Source: Flaccisagitta enflata (lineage: Eukaryota). From it: 64,000 nucleotides of DNA. Shown piece after piece: positions 1 through 14,602 of this stretch. The stretch is taken from NCBI GenBank assembly GCA_965153355.1, contig OZ231126.1, positions 14,632,001 through 14,696,000 on the forward strand. Reading direction: 5' to 3'. The first letter of the stretch is position 1; the number at the start of each line of letters is the position of its first letter. The notes beneath the pieces are model-generated. The model made no database searches. It was not told where the DNA came from and saw only the letters and a program-made list of their open reading frames with translations. The position numbers and the translations under genes were made by a program.

Positions 1-170
1 AAAAAGATCTTTGTCTGTAATTTTTGCATGCAAAATTGGATCATATGAAAGTTGGACAACATTACTACTGGATATTTTTCTTTGTGTTACTATAGTTCCA
101 TATCTTATGCCCTAAGCATGTGTAAGCATTTGACAATCAAATACATACATGGTGCAATAATGAGAGAGAG

Positions 171-261
<91 letters not shown>

Positions 262-965
262 CTTCTCCTTCTTTCTTGAATCTCAGCCATGATGCCATCA
301 TTCCAATCTCAAAATCCATTTCCAAGACTCAAGATTAAACTCCTCGCCTGGAAGTCCAAATCCAAGCAATGAGGCCCAAATTCCATCATTCAGGCATGGT
401 TTAATCACAGTCCTCAGGTACAAATTGTAAAACATATCTGTAAGTTCAGCTAACAGGTAGTGTCAAAACTTTCACCGATATGGCTGCCGCATCTACAGTT
501 CTTTTTTCTGGTCAAAATTCACCTGGTAGACAATTATACATACATTAGCTTTTACCAATCCCTCTAGGCCTCTCTGCGACCCAAAATCAAGCGTAAAAGA
601 TTTTATCCTAGTCTTGGATCTCAAGTCCAAGCCTTTGAACTCAAATCCTGATATAAAAGGATTGTAAATTGACCATTTCCTCCCTCCTCCTTCCCCCTCC
701 TCCCCATTGATCCCCTTTCCTCTGTTTTCTTCTTTTTCTTCCCATTGGAGGGAATTTTTTTCCTGAAAAATTCCCTCCAGTGAGAAATATATTTTTCTCA
801 CTAGCGGGATGAATTTTCTATTCCACTTGTGGGAATTTGATTTCATCCCACTGGTGGAAAAAAAAACTTTTCCCATTGGTGGGAATTTCTCAAGCAAAGG
901 ATAACATGTTGCAGATATCAAATCGAGTATCAGTCCCCTGACATCGGTTATTGCGGGGTTCACAG

Positions 966-1105
<140 letters not shown>

Positions 1106-1490
1106 CGAAGTGTCCGCTACTAAAAAGTTTAAAAAGCTTGAATACCAACACTCGGATTGATCTCCATCAGTGTTACCTGTAGCATCGGGTCCATCACGAG
1201 ATGATCATGAGATGTTTATTGACTGTTTAAGATCCACATGATCCACATGATCCTCGTGATCATGGGACTCTATTTAGCGGGCACACCGGTTCTGAATCTG
1301 ATTCGTTGTCATGGGATCCAAATTTAGAACACGGGACCTCTTATCGAGTTCCTCTTAAAAGTCTGATGCCTATTCGTTGTTTAAGATCCGCGTGCCCACT
1401 TCCTTTGTGGCATCATCATCCTCATGGTCATGGGACTTTACTATCTCGAAAAAAAAGTTTGGTGACGCCATGGGAATAATTGTTTTTTAT

Positions 1491-1728
1491 CAGGGGTGTA
1501 TGTAGTTGAGCGACCTTTGATCTCTTTCCCCCCTGGTCTTTGATTTCCTTCCCCGCCAAGTCTAGAATTGTTTGATTTTCTACCCCATAGAGTATAAATT
1601 TAGTATAATTATGGTAAGAATATTGTAAATTAGTGTTGTAGTAATCAAATACTATCTTTTGGTTTTACAAAAAGTGTAAAATCTTTGATTTTCTTCCCCA
1701 TCTGCAAACCCAACTTTATACACGCCTG
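1491..1728. mobile_element. hAT-type MITE
   Basis: TIR CAGGGGTGTAT...ATACACGCCTG; 8-bp TSD TTTTTTAT (low complexity). Confidence 0.7.
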
Positions 1729-2556
1729 TTTTTTATTGATAAAAAATTAACAAAAAGATTATGAAAACCCTAGCTACTGATTATATAAGGCCGTATACAC
1801 TCCCCCGTTGCCAATGGGTGGACAGAGGCAGTGTGGCAAAAAATGCTCACATTGAGAAAAAGTAACTGATGGACCGATGGATAAACTGCCAGACTGACTG
1901 ACATGGCAAGTTCTAGAGTTGCATATTCGCGACTAACAATATTCATTTTACAATTTCACTGATGATTTTAGTCGTGCTTTATAGAAGTGATATTTTGAGC
2001 TTATTCAATTAGTCTAACATAATTGTTCCACCTATCATAATGCATGACAAATTTCTTCTTCCGTCTCCTGTTCTAGAAATTGTTTGAAATCTTAAGTTAG
2101 GCAATGTTTTAACTGTTTAAAAAAAAGTTTTTTGTCCGCCAAGTCTGAACAATTTAAGCTGACTACACTCTTTTTTTTTATAAGAACATAGTTTATAAGA
2201 ACATCAAGGCTTCGAATAGCTTAAAAATTAAGAACATCTTAAGAACATACAAAGGCTTCAAATCCTGAGATAAAAATTTCGCTTACAATAATATTTAAAA
2301 AACATTAAGAAAACACTTGAATTTTGATATAATTGAAGTAAAATCTTATAACATTTAAATAAATATCATGAAAATATCCCCAGATTTTTATATTTGGTAT
2401 TTGTTTTAACAGTATTTAACAAAAATATATTCAATATAATTGAATAACAGTTTATTATAAGGTTTCCCATAGTTTATATAGTATTTGAAATTAAGAACGC
2501 TTAAAAACATTGAAGGCTTCATTTGGCCTTGAAAATAAGAACATGAAGCCTTTGAA

Positions 2557-4714
2557 AACAAGGCCAACACCTATAAGTCGCGTGCAGGACAAAAATAACT
2601 GAACTGACCTGACTCCTTATTGTATCTTTTTATTGAAAATCAGACTTAAACGCAACTCAAAACAGTCCCAAACCAGACTCAAACCAGACTCAAACCAGAC
2701 TCAAACCAGACTCAAACCAAACTCAAACCAGAATTAAACCAGACCGAAATCAGACATAAACCAGACATAAACCAGACATAAACCAGATTTAAGCCAGACT
2801 CAAACCCGACTCAAACCAGACTCAAACCCGACTCAAACCCGACTCAAACCCGACTCAAACCCGACTCAAACCAGACTCAAACCAGACTCAAACCAGACTC
2901 AAACCAGACTTAAACCAGACTTAAACCAGACCAAAACCAGGCTCAAACCAGGCTCAAACCGGGCTCAAACCAGACTCAAAACGGACTCAAACCAGACCAA
3001 AACCAGACCAAAACCAGACCAAAACCAGACCTAAATCAGACCTAAATCAAACATAAACCAGACAAAAAACAGACATAGACCAGACCTAAACCAGACCTAA
3101 CCCAGACCTAAACCAGACATAAATCAGACACGAACCAGTCTTAAACCAGACTTAAACCAGACTTAAACCAGACTTAAACCAGACTTAAACCAGACTTAAA
3201 CCATACTTAAACCAGACTTAAACCAGACTTAAACCAGACTTAAACCAGACTTAAACCAAACTTAAACCATACTTATCTTTAATATCATTTTAACCAGCAG
3301 ACTTAAACCAGCAGACTTAAACCATTAGACCAGCAGACTTAAACCATTAGATTTAAACCAGCAGACTTAAACCAGCAGACTTAAACCAGCTGATTTAAAC
3401 CAGCAGACTTTAACCAGCAGACTTAACCCATTAGATTTAAACCAGCAGACTTAAACCAGCAGATTTAAACCAGCAGATTTAAACCAGCAAACTTTAACCA
3501 TCAGACTTTACCCAGCAGACTTTAACCAGCAGACTTTAACCAGCAAACTTCAACCAGCAGACTTTAACCAGCAGACTTTAACCAGCAGACTTTAACCAAA
3601 AATGACCAAAAATGACCAAAATGACCAAAAATGACGAAAGATGACCGAAAATGACCAAAATGACCAAAATGACCAAAAATGACCAAATATGACCAAAATA
3701 ACCGAAATGACCAAAAAGGAGCATAAATGAAAAAAAATGACCAAATATGACCAAAGTGACCAATAATGACCAAAAATGACCAAAAATGACCAAAAATGAC
3801 CAAAAATGACCAAAGATGACCAAAGATGACCAAAATGACCAAAATGACCAAAAATGACCAAATATGACCAAAATGACCAAAAATGACCAAAAAGGAGCAT
3901 AAATGAAAAAAAATGACCAAAATGACCAAAAATGACCAAAAATGGCCAAAAATGAGCAAAATGAGCAAAAATGTCCAAAATGACCAAAAATGACCAAAAA
4001 TGACCAAATATGATCAAAATGACCAAAAATGACCAAAAATGACCAAATATGACCAAAATGACCAAAATGACCAAAATGACCAAAAATGATCAAAAATGAC
4101 CAAAAATGACCAAAAATGACCAAAATGACCAAAATGACCAAAAATGACCAAAAATGACCAAATATGACCAAAAATGACCAAAAATGACCAAAATGACCAA
4201 AAATGACCAAAAATGACCAAAAATGACCAAAAATGACCAAAAATGACCAAAATGACCAAAATGACCAAAAATGATCAAAAATGACCAATAATGACCAAAA
4301 ATGACCAAAAATGACCAAAAATGATCAAAAATGATCAAAATGACCAAAAATGACCAAAAATGACCACAATGACCAAAAATGACCAAAGTGATCAAAAATG
4401 ACCAAAAATGACCAAATATGACCAAAACTGACCAAAAATGACCAAAAATGACCAAAATTGATCTAAAATGACCAAAAATGACCAAATTGACCAAAATGAC
4501 CAAAATGACCAAAATGACCAAAATGACCAAAATGACCAAAAATGACCAAAAATTACTAAAAGCAACCAATAATTCCCAAAAACAACAAAAAAATGACTCA
4601 AAATAACTCCAGACGACCCAAAAAGACGCAAAAAAGCAAAGTGTTACCAACCGACAGACCGACCGACCGACCAACCGACGGAGCGGGTTGTAGAGTCGCG
4701 TGCACGCGACTAAA
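2557..4714 (-). mobile_element. DINE-1/HINE-like element (family A) with ~1.9-kb central tandem arrays
   Basis: Palindrome AGTCGCGTGCACGCGACT and (GTCG)n at one end; second subTIR CACGCGACT and GGCCTTGTT at the other. Confidence 0.75.
2670..4551. repeat. Compound minisatellite: (AAACCAGACTC/T)n, (AAACCAGCAGACTT)n, (AAA(A)TGACCA)n
   Basis: 11-mer ~2670-3275, 14-mer ~3290-3596, 9/10-mer ~3597-4551, read directly. Confidence 0.95.
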
Positions 4715-5184
4715 AAAATGACGATCCTATAAAAAAAAAGAGTGTAATTTGCGCTTATTTTATAAAATCTATTATATGGATAATTTTTTTTATCTAAAAG
4801 CAGAGATATTCTAAGTACAATTTCTTTCCTACATTCAAAGTTCAAAGTCACTATTTTGTTTGGTAATTCTAAATAATTCAAGCAACAAAAACCAGCTATT
4901 TTTGAAACTGAGGTATTTAAAGTGGAAGGTGTTGCTAAACTTTTTTCCTTGATAGTGTTTAATGAACGCACCGGTTTTGAATCATTGTCATGGGACTGAG
5001 ATTCAAAACACGGGACCTCTTAGCTAATCAGCGCATTAGCCAAAGACCATGCCAGATCTTGAGAAAGAGAAAGGGAAATGAACGGATGATTGATTTTCCC
5101 AGGAACATCGATGCAAAATTAAACCTTTGTGTTTTGTATGGCAAGAGCGTCGTCGCTAGGTTTTGGTTTGATTGCTATCCCCAG

Positions 5185-5747
<563 letters not shown>

Positions 5748-5769
5748 CATTCAGTAATCAAAACATATA

Positions 5770-5946
5770 CAATTAAACCCGGCTATAACGGAACCTAGAG
5801 TAACGGATATCCGCCTATAATGAGTCTAAAAACTTAGTCCCTTTTTTAATTTTCTTTAAACTTCTATATTAGCAATGACAGAAATCCATCAATAATAGAT
5901 GAAATTTGATGAACCCTTGAGATCCGTTATTGCGGGGTTTAACTAC
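5770..5946. mobile_element. Short diverged Tc1/pogo-type MITE
   Basis: CAATTAAACCCGGCTATAACGGA...TCCGTTATTGCGGGGTTTAACT inverted ends. Confidence 0.55.
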
Positions 5947-6061
5947 AGTCAAAAGGAAAAGAAACGACAAACATCCTTATTGAGTTACGAGGCGGATGTG
6001 ATTGAATGATGCAAACGAAATGTTTTTTCCCTTTTCCTTGAGCTTAGTCGCAAAAAGAAAA

Positions 6062-6327
6062 AACAAGGCCGGATACACGGCTACCCCAGTCACGTATGGG
6101 TGGGCAGGGGCCGTAACTGAGGTCACCAGATCATTTGGGCAGGAGCAGTGAAGCCAAAGATCCAAAAAACCAAAAAAAAGTTAAGTGTGACGGATAGACG
6201 GACGGACCGACAGACGGACCGACGGACCGACGGACCGACGGACCGACGGACCGACGGACCGACGGACCGACGGACCGACGGATGGACCGACAAAGCGAGG
6301 TGTAGAGTCGCGTAGCACGCGACTAAA
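6062..6327 (-). mobile_element. HINE-like family A copy (others ~29478-29669, 37154-38152, 38295-38530, 43813-43996, 52543-52724, 53101-53314)
   Basis: Shared layout: T-tract, TAGTCGCGTG..CACGCGACT hairpin, (GTCC/GTCG)n, core, subTIR, GCCGTGTATCCGGC stem-loop, CTTGTT; no TSD. Confidence 0.8.
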
Positions 6328-6448
6328 AATATCCCTCGTGACTTGGAAACCTGCAAAGGTTGTCGCTCTCGAATGAAATTTGAGATGTTTTTGTCACTCG
6401 ACTGAGGAGTCCCGGATATTTTATTAAGCCCGGTGCACAATTGCATCT

Positions 6449-6617
6449 TTTTAGTTGCGGACACGCAACTCTATAAGAGGCTTTGTCCGTCCGTCGGTCG
6501 GTCGGTTGGTTGGTCGGTCGGTTGGTTGGTCCGTCACGCTCGAGTTGAAAAGTGGGAAAACGCGCATTTCCGCCCCTGCCCACCCGTCCGCAACTGGTGG
6601 CCGTGTATCCGGCCTTG
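6449..6617 (+). mobile_element. HINE-like family B copy (others ~11428-11622, 35448-35605, 35708-35855, 42286-42510, 53947-54084, 58275-58517)
   Basis: TAGTTGCGGACACGCAACT hairpin, (GTCC/GTCG)n, CCCTGCCCACCCGTCCGCAAC subTIR, terminal stem-loop. Confidence 0.8.
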
Positions 6618-6823
6618 TTGTTATTCTTTCTTCTTTTTAATCTCGTATGATTATTATGTTTACTAGAGCTAGCTGTGCTAAATCAAACTTAAGAGCTAGA
6701 AGGCTTGAGGCAAATGAAAAAAAAAGAATGATTGCTATGAAAATATCGAGAGAAAGACAGAAAGGACAAGAGAGGGGAAGAGAGAAAAGAAAAAATGGAC
6801 AATAAAGAAAGATGAGAAGAAAA

Positions 6824-6856
<33 letters not shown>

Positions 6857-6858
6857 AA

Positions 6859-6920
<62 letters not shown>

Positions 6921-8234
6921 AACTAAGGATGGAATAGTTCTGTTGGCTCTTGATCTCGCAATGACACCGGTTGAATCCGGTCGACTCGAACCAGTGAGAT
7001 TCAGATTTCCAAGATGAAGCAAGATCAAGTTGCATAAGTCACAGTGCAAACGAGCACGCAATTTGACAAGTCAAAATGGTTTATAACAATATTTTTTATC
7101 TCATCTTCTCATAATTTTTTTACTGAGGTAAAGGATTTGCGTTGGATAATCATCAACTCTTTGCATAAATTAGCATTTTATTGCACGATATACTTGGGAG
7201 AAGTGAAAAGAAAGGATCTCAAATTGATGGATTTTTAACGAAAACTGATTCTTGTGCATTGACATGTTTCACATGAAAAACCAAATCTGTCTCTGGATGC
7301 AAAATTTTGCATATTGAAAAACATGACATCAATCTAAACACTTTTGAGAAAAAGGCCATGTTCTCAGAAATACAAAATTTTGCATTCAGAGAGAGATTTG
7401 GTTTTTCACGTGGCAACATCTAATATTTTTTCGTGCAAATTCTTTAAAAAGAATGTTGTTTTACAGTTAATGCCGGAACTTTACCAATACGAGATCCATA
7501 CCATTGATCAGTTAACATTTTTTAATCAATTTAAGGAGTATGACGCATGCATAAGACTTTAGTTTTGGTTACATTTCCCCTGCATAGCAACATATTCCAT
7601 TATAGATCAGAATGATTTGTCAAATTTGACAACAACAACAACAACAACAGCAACAACACTTCAACAACAACAACCAAAACAACAACAACAAGAATTAATA
7701 GCAGCCCAAAGGCAGTAAGTGGTCAGCCGTACCCGTGCCCTGCTTGAGTAGTGTGTGATTTCAGTTGGGGGAGAGCAGGGCAGCAGCCTCAAAGGGAATG
7801 AAGTCCTGTAGAACATGGAGAATCCGTCCGTCCGTCCGTCCGTCCGTTCCCCCAGCCACATCCTCAGGGCTTTGTCTCCTTTGGGACCTATTCTTACACA
7901 AATTTTCTAAATAACCAAGATCCAAGCAATATGGCCCAAATCTAAGCAAATTGGCCCAAATTCGATACTTAGATTCTGACCAGATTTGAGCAATTTTGCT
8001 TGGATTTGGGCCATTATGCTTGGATTTGAGCGATTTTTCATAGATTTTGGCCATATTGCTTCGATTTGGGCTATTTAGCAGAATTTGGGTCAGAGTGGGC
8101 CCCAAAGAAGACGACGCCCTGAGGATGGGGCAGGGGGGTGGGTGGGGGGTGGGACGGATGTACATACGGACGGACAGATTCCCTCTGTTCTACAAGACTT
8201 CGTCCCCTTTGGGGCCGCTGCCCAAAAACAAGAA

Positions 8235-8335
<101 letters not shown>

Positions 8336-8957
8336 CGCTAACGTCGGGAGCCTGATGACAGCTTCTAATTGGATCGACAAGCAAATCTGGCTCAAGAAAA
8401 TTTCGGCCACAAGGACGCCGTCTCGGTCCTGATGGTCAAAGTCTCTATATAGATGTGCACAACATGAGAAACTCCAAAACGTCGTTTGAAATCGACTCTA
8501 GCTACCACTGCACTGATCTCATCGCCTACAGTATTTGCCTTGATGCAATTCATACCGCAGATTTATACAGGATTCGCGATGTCTTACTCGCTATGGGCCA
8601 TTTGGCCTTCATGCACGAAGTGAAGTCACTTCAACGTACTCGCTCGTCCCCGACGGCTACAATTCAGTTCTAAAGGCGAATGTCCACAATTTGGGACTCG
8701 TATCTTGACATCCAACAAACCCACTAACGCACGTTGAAACGGGACAGGCTTGAATTCCTCGGCTTGAATTCCCTTCGTTGGCACCGTCTGGATTGATTCT
8801 ACAGATGGCGCCACCTGGAATGACCCGTCAGATGGCGCCGTCTTGAATGAATCGTCAGATGGCGCCACCGTGGCTTCGTCCCTTTTCGATCTGAAACACA
8901 AAAAAGGTTTCTTCCGCGTCAAATGTCTGGAATGTCGCGTCAAAATGAATTGCTATG

Positions 8958-9423
<466 letters not shown>

Positions 9424-9627
9424 TGTTTTTGTTGTCGAGTCTTTTGCTCTTGAGTGTGTGCTTGAGGCATAATCTCTACTTGATCTTCTCTGTAAATTCC
9501 ATTCTTTATTTCGTCTAACTAATCCTTTCAAAATCTAGTTGAGTTGAGGTAATTATTTTTTTTCAAGAATTTTATTTCGTTGTTGTCGTCATTAATTTGT
9601 TATTGTTGTTAATTCATTTGCAATTAC

Positions 9628-9885
9628 CAGGGATAAGGATGCGATCCGGGATGCGAATGCGAACGCACAGGATGCGCGAGATTTTGGTAAACGCGGATAA
9701 GGATGCGAACGCATCTGATAGAATATAGGAGTGGATGTGAACGCGCATCCTCCCCAAAGCGTTCGCATCCATGCTTTTCTGCCCTTTCCTTGTCCTCGAC
9801 CTCCAAATTCAAAACAAAAACACTATAAAATGGTTGTGATTGTGTGTGTGTGTGTGAGCATGTGCATGTGTATGTGTGTGTGCAT

Positions 9886-9975
<90 letters not shown>

Positions 9976-10852
9976 AAATGTGTGTGTGCGAATGTGTGTG
10001 TGTGTGTGTACGTGCATGTGCGTGTGTGTATGTGCTCGGGCATGGGAGACCATTTGCCACGACAATATTTTAACCTCAGGTTACTTTTTCTTTTTCTTCT
10101 CTGTTTTTTTCTTCGTCTTTCATGAATTCTTTATTTCTGCTCTTTCCTTCATTCCTTCTTTCCTCCCTTTTTGGGCAGCGGCCCCGAAGGGGTCGATGAC
10201 CTATGCTTTCACACAGGGGAATTTTCTCCTTCTTCATGTCCGTACCCGCCCCTCAAATCCCAGTCTCGAAGCCCAAATTCCAGTCTCGAGGCCCAAATCC
10301 CAGTCTTGAGGCCCAAATCCCAGCCTCAAGGCCCAAATCCTAGCCTCAAGGCATAACCAGCCTGGAGGCTCAGATTTCAGCCTGAAGCCCAAATCTCAGC
10401 CTCGTTGTCAAAATCCAGCCAAGAGGCCCAGATCCCACCTTGCTCCCAAATTCAGCCTCCAGGCTAGGATTTAGGCCTTGAGGCTAGGATTTGGGCCTTG
10501 AGGCTGGGATTTGGGCCTCAAGACTGGGATTTGGGCCTTGAGACTGGAATTTGGGCCTCGAGACTGGGATTTGAGGGGGGGAATGGACATGGAGAAGGAG
10601 AAAATTCCCCTGTGTGAAAGCATAGGTCATCAACCCCTTCGGGGCCGCTGCCCTGCTCCCCCCTCAACTTCAACCACAACCTACTTAGGCAGGGCACGGG
10701 TACCGCTGACCATCTAACGCTTTTGCGACTATTCTTTCTTTCCTTCTTCCTTTCATTCCTTCTTTATTTCATTCCTTCTTTCTTTCATTCCTTCTTTCTT
10801 TGTTTCTTTGTTTGTTTCTTTCTTTCTTTCATTCTTTTTCTTTCTTTAATTC

Positions 10853-10936
<84 letters not shown>

Positions 10937-11116
10937 TCCTCCATTCTTTCTTTCTTTCCTCCATTCTTTCTTTCTTTCCTCCATTCTTTCTTTTTTTTCT
11001 TCATTCTTTCCTTATTTCCTTCTTTCTTTCTTTCCTTCATTCTTTCTTTATTTCTTTATTTCCTTCATTCTTTCCTTCATTCCTTCTTTCTTTCTTTCCT
11101 TCCTTCATTCTTTATT

Positions 11117-11206
<90 letters not shown>

Positions 11207-11668
11207 TTTCTTTCAATCTTTCTTTCTTTCTTTTTTTCTTTCTTTCCTCCCTCCCTTCCTTCCTTCCTTCCTTTCTTTCTTTCTTTCTTCTTTCTTTGTT
11301 TCTTTCTTTCTACTTTTCTACTTCCTTTCCATAAGAGAAAGTGTAGGAAGCGTTATAAACGCGTAACGCGAACGCGATAGCAACCAAAAACAATGGATGC
11401 GATGCGTAACGCGATGCGCGAGCTGCTTAACAAGGCCGGATACACGGCCACCAGTTGCGGACGGGTGGGCAGGAGCGGAAATGCGCGTTTTCACACTTTT
11501 CGACTCGTGCTCACCGACCGACCGACCGACCGACCGACCGACCGACCGACCGACCGACCGACCGACCGACCGACGGACGGACGGACTAAGCCTCTTGTAG
11601 AGTTGCGTGTCCGCAACTAAAAACGCGAAAGCGAACGCTTTTGAAAATCCCGCGCATCCTTGTCCCTG
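9628..11668. mobile_element. hAT-type non-autonomous element with nested insertions
   Basis: TIR CAGGGATAAGGATGCG...CGCATCCTTGTCCCTG; perfect 8-bp TSD GCAATTAC. Confidence 0.85.
10168..10730 (+). mobile_element. HINE-like family C copy with 21-bp central repeats (others ~7698-8228, 37386-38092, 38643-39130, 42621-43174, 45187-45733)
   Basis: Inverted pair GGGCAGCGGCCCCGAAGGGG...CCCCTTCGGGGCCGCTGCCC, conserved GGGTACCGCTGACCA tail, internal GAGGCCCAAATCCCAGCCT-type arrays. Confidence 0.75.
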
Positions 11669-11830
11669 GCAATTACCATTGCTGTCGGTTTGGTCGTTGT
11701 ACTGTTGTTGTTGTTGGTGTCGTTGTTGTTGGTAATGTTGTTGTCGATATTGTTGTTATGGTTAAAGTTGTTGTTGTTGTTGTTGTTGTTATTGTTGTAG
11801 CTGTTATTTTGTTGTTGCTGTTGCTGTTGC

Positions 11831-11947
<117 letters not shown>

Positions 11948-12139
11948 GGTTGTGGTTGTTAGCGAACCTCTTCCTGATCATCTTTCTGATCATCTTTCTC
12001 ATCGTCGATCGAGAAAGGATCCGTCCATTCTTTACACGCTTTTGGCTGAGGCTCAATGTTGTTATTTGAATGACGATATGAGGCTCAAACCGTTGCTAAA
12101 CTGTTGTCTTTTTTTTTTCTCATCAATCTTCTAATGAAT

Positions 12140-12471
12140 GGTATTTTTTTCATCAAGGACATGACAGATTCACACGATACACACTCACAAGACTACCTAA
12201 AACTAAACCACTAATCCTCTTCAAACAGCTTGGAGATGAATAGAGCAGTTGTTTGTCGGACGGCGTCGTTGCGACTTTTGAGACTGGCGTTGAGGAAGCG
12301 CTTTGATTGGCGACTGATGATGTCATAGACGTTTGGATATCCCAAGGTTTGACGCAGTTGACGAGTACTCTCCCATCTTTGATAAGAGAAGATTCTCGTT
12401 CTCCTAATAGCATCATTAAGTGCAGTGTTACAGTTCCGCATTTCTGTACTCGAGAATTCAACGACGATCAT
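12140..12471 (-). mobile_element. Probable 3' remnant of a non-LTR retrotransposon ORF2
   Basis: Peptide EMRNCNTALNDAIRRTRIFSYQRWESTRQLRQTLGYPNVYDII resembles, from memory, C-termini of invertebrate LINE ORF2 proteins; no RT core remains. Confidence 0.45.
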
Positions 12472-12784
12472 CAGCGATTGCTTTGGCCGATTCTTAAGAT
12501 TGGGTTAAAGATCGAGCAAATATCCTCAAACTGCAAAATAGTGTTAAGCTTGACTCGAAATTTTTTTTCTTCTGGTTTTTTCTTTTTTAAGTTGAATTCT
12601 ATTAATCCTTTTGTAATGCGACCAACGGGAACTCGAGAAGAACAAACATTTCTCCATGATGACAGTTGCTGTCGATGGTGAGATTAATACTCCCTAATCC
12701 CCAGCGTTCGCAAAATAAAGTCAAATTACAGACCTTACTTTTAAGCTTGATAATGGCCTAGATCAGCCCTTCTTAAGATCTGAC

Positions 12785-13195
12785 CAATGCCTTGCGGGAC
12801 CCTATGGGCAGGGTCGGCCGGTTCCTCGGCACGGTAGGGCCGAATACCGGAAGTCGGGAGCTCGGTATGGGCAGGGGCAGTACCGAGACTCGGTATAGGG
12901 CTTTGGTACTAGGTAACGGTAAAAAAAAATCAGCCTAATATACTTCGTTTTAGCAAACTTGAAAATCGTTAACAATAAAAAAAAGCAAAAATAAATAAGC
13001 GACTTGAAATAAAAAAGAAAGATGAACATCCTGCAACTCAAGATACCCATTTGTCATTAGTTTGAATTTAGTTTGAGACTCAATGTTCTGATGTTTGGTT
13101 ATCAATGACCAGGAGTGAAGATTATCCCCAATTGCGATTCCTGATTATTCCTTGCCTGACTTCAAATTTTTTCTTTGTTGGAAATTGTTGGTAAG

Positions 13196-13293
<98 letters not shown>

Positions 13294-13939
13294 GAGAGAA
13301 GACTGGAGCTCATTCTAAATCTCATTCTAATTCTTTTGTAATGATCGCGAGTTAATCATATGGGAGAATAATCAATCATTTCAAGATGTGTTTTTGAATA
13401 ATTTTAAAATAAAATGAAAAAAAAATTTTTGAATGAAATATATATGCAAATAAATTTGAAAAAACTAAAAAGATAGAATGCATAAATGACAAAAAATGCA
13501 AAAAGTTACAAAGAATGACAAAAAGTGACAAAGAATGCAAAAAATTATAAAATATATAAATTATGACATGTAAAAAAGATTTAAAACACAATTGAAAAAT
13601 TAAAAAAAGATATCTAAGAAAAAAAAAGAAATGAATACCAGAAAAAAAAAGAATGAGTATTGAAAAATAGATAATAAAGATTGAGAAGTTTTAAAAAAAA
13701 ACTACCAATTAATGTTATAATTTTTTTTTTTCTGTAATTCGAAAATGATCACAGAAAATTTACCATGAATGTAAAAAAGAATATAGAAAAAAAGGTTTTT
13801 CCGCCATCATCAAAAAGAGATGGAGGAGGAGGAGAAGGAGGAGGCAGAGGGCCGGGATATGCATTAGGTCCCGGGAATTCGGGACAGGGTCATGTCCCGG
13901 CATGTCGGGACCTCGGGAACCAAGTCCCGCCAGGCACTG
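12785..13939. mobile_element. hAT-type non-autonomous element
   Basis: TIR CAATGCCTTGCGGGAC...GTCCCGCCAGGCACTG; perfect 8-bp TSD GATCTGAC; GC-rich subterminal regions, AT-rich core. Confidence 0.85.
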
Positions 13940-14602
13940 GATCTGACTAAACTTGAAACGGTTTACTATCATGAATTCTTAATTTCTACACATCCAGTTC
14001 GTCTCAACACCGATCCAGACAAGGGAGATTCAACATTATTAAAGAAAATCAGTATAAAGAATTCATTGGACGTCATTGGTGATGACAATATTGACGATGA
14101 AGACCTCTAAGACAATGAGCACTACAATTGCAGTGATGATTATCATTTGACTTCATTTAGCAATGTTAGGTTAAAGAAAAACCCTTCCTATATTTGAATG
14201 CCCTCTGATCTTTTTCCATAAAAAGAGCTTTTTAGCGAACGCTGAATAGGGAAATCTGCAGATCTCTTGCATGAAAGGCATCGAAGAAGTGTAAATGACA
14301 AAGCGCGGTACAGCTGAAATAATTTCATGAATATTTGTGAAACGAAATTAACGGGAATTGATTGAACCGGCTTTGCTAAAGTCCAATGCTTATGTAATGA
14401 TTGATTAAGATGTCTGTACTATCATTCCTCTCGCTGCTTTCTCTGGAATGAAAGGGATCTAGGGTAGGAATGAAATAAAGGAGAACAACCATTCAAAATC
14501 AGGAACAAAATATTGTTATAACTAAAATACAGAAGAAAAAGCTACCTTTTCTATGAAATCGCTGCAATTGAACGTTGCAATTGAACGCAACGAAAATTAT
14601 CG

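Noticed and set aside
1230-1440. Short similarity internally and to 4970-5025
   Set aside because: Too short and diverged to classify.
2670-4551. CRISPR-like array or FGHFWS-repeat proteins
   Set aside because: Contiguous minisatellite without unique spacers; ORFs are repeat translations.
11968-12100. Possible minus-strand acidic exon (DDEKDDQKDDQEE)
   Set aside because: All three frames have stops shortly after the candidate acceptor.
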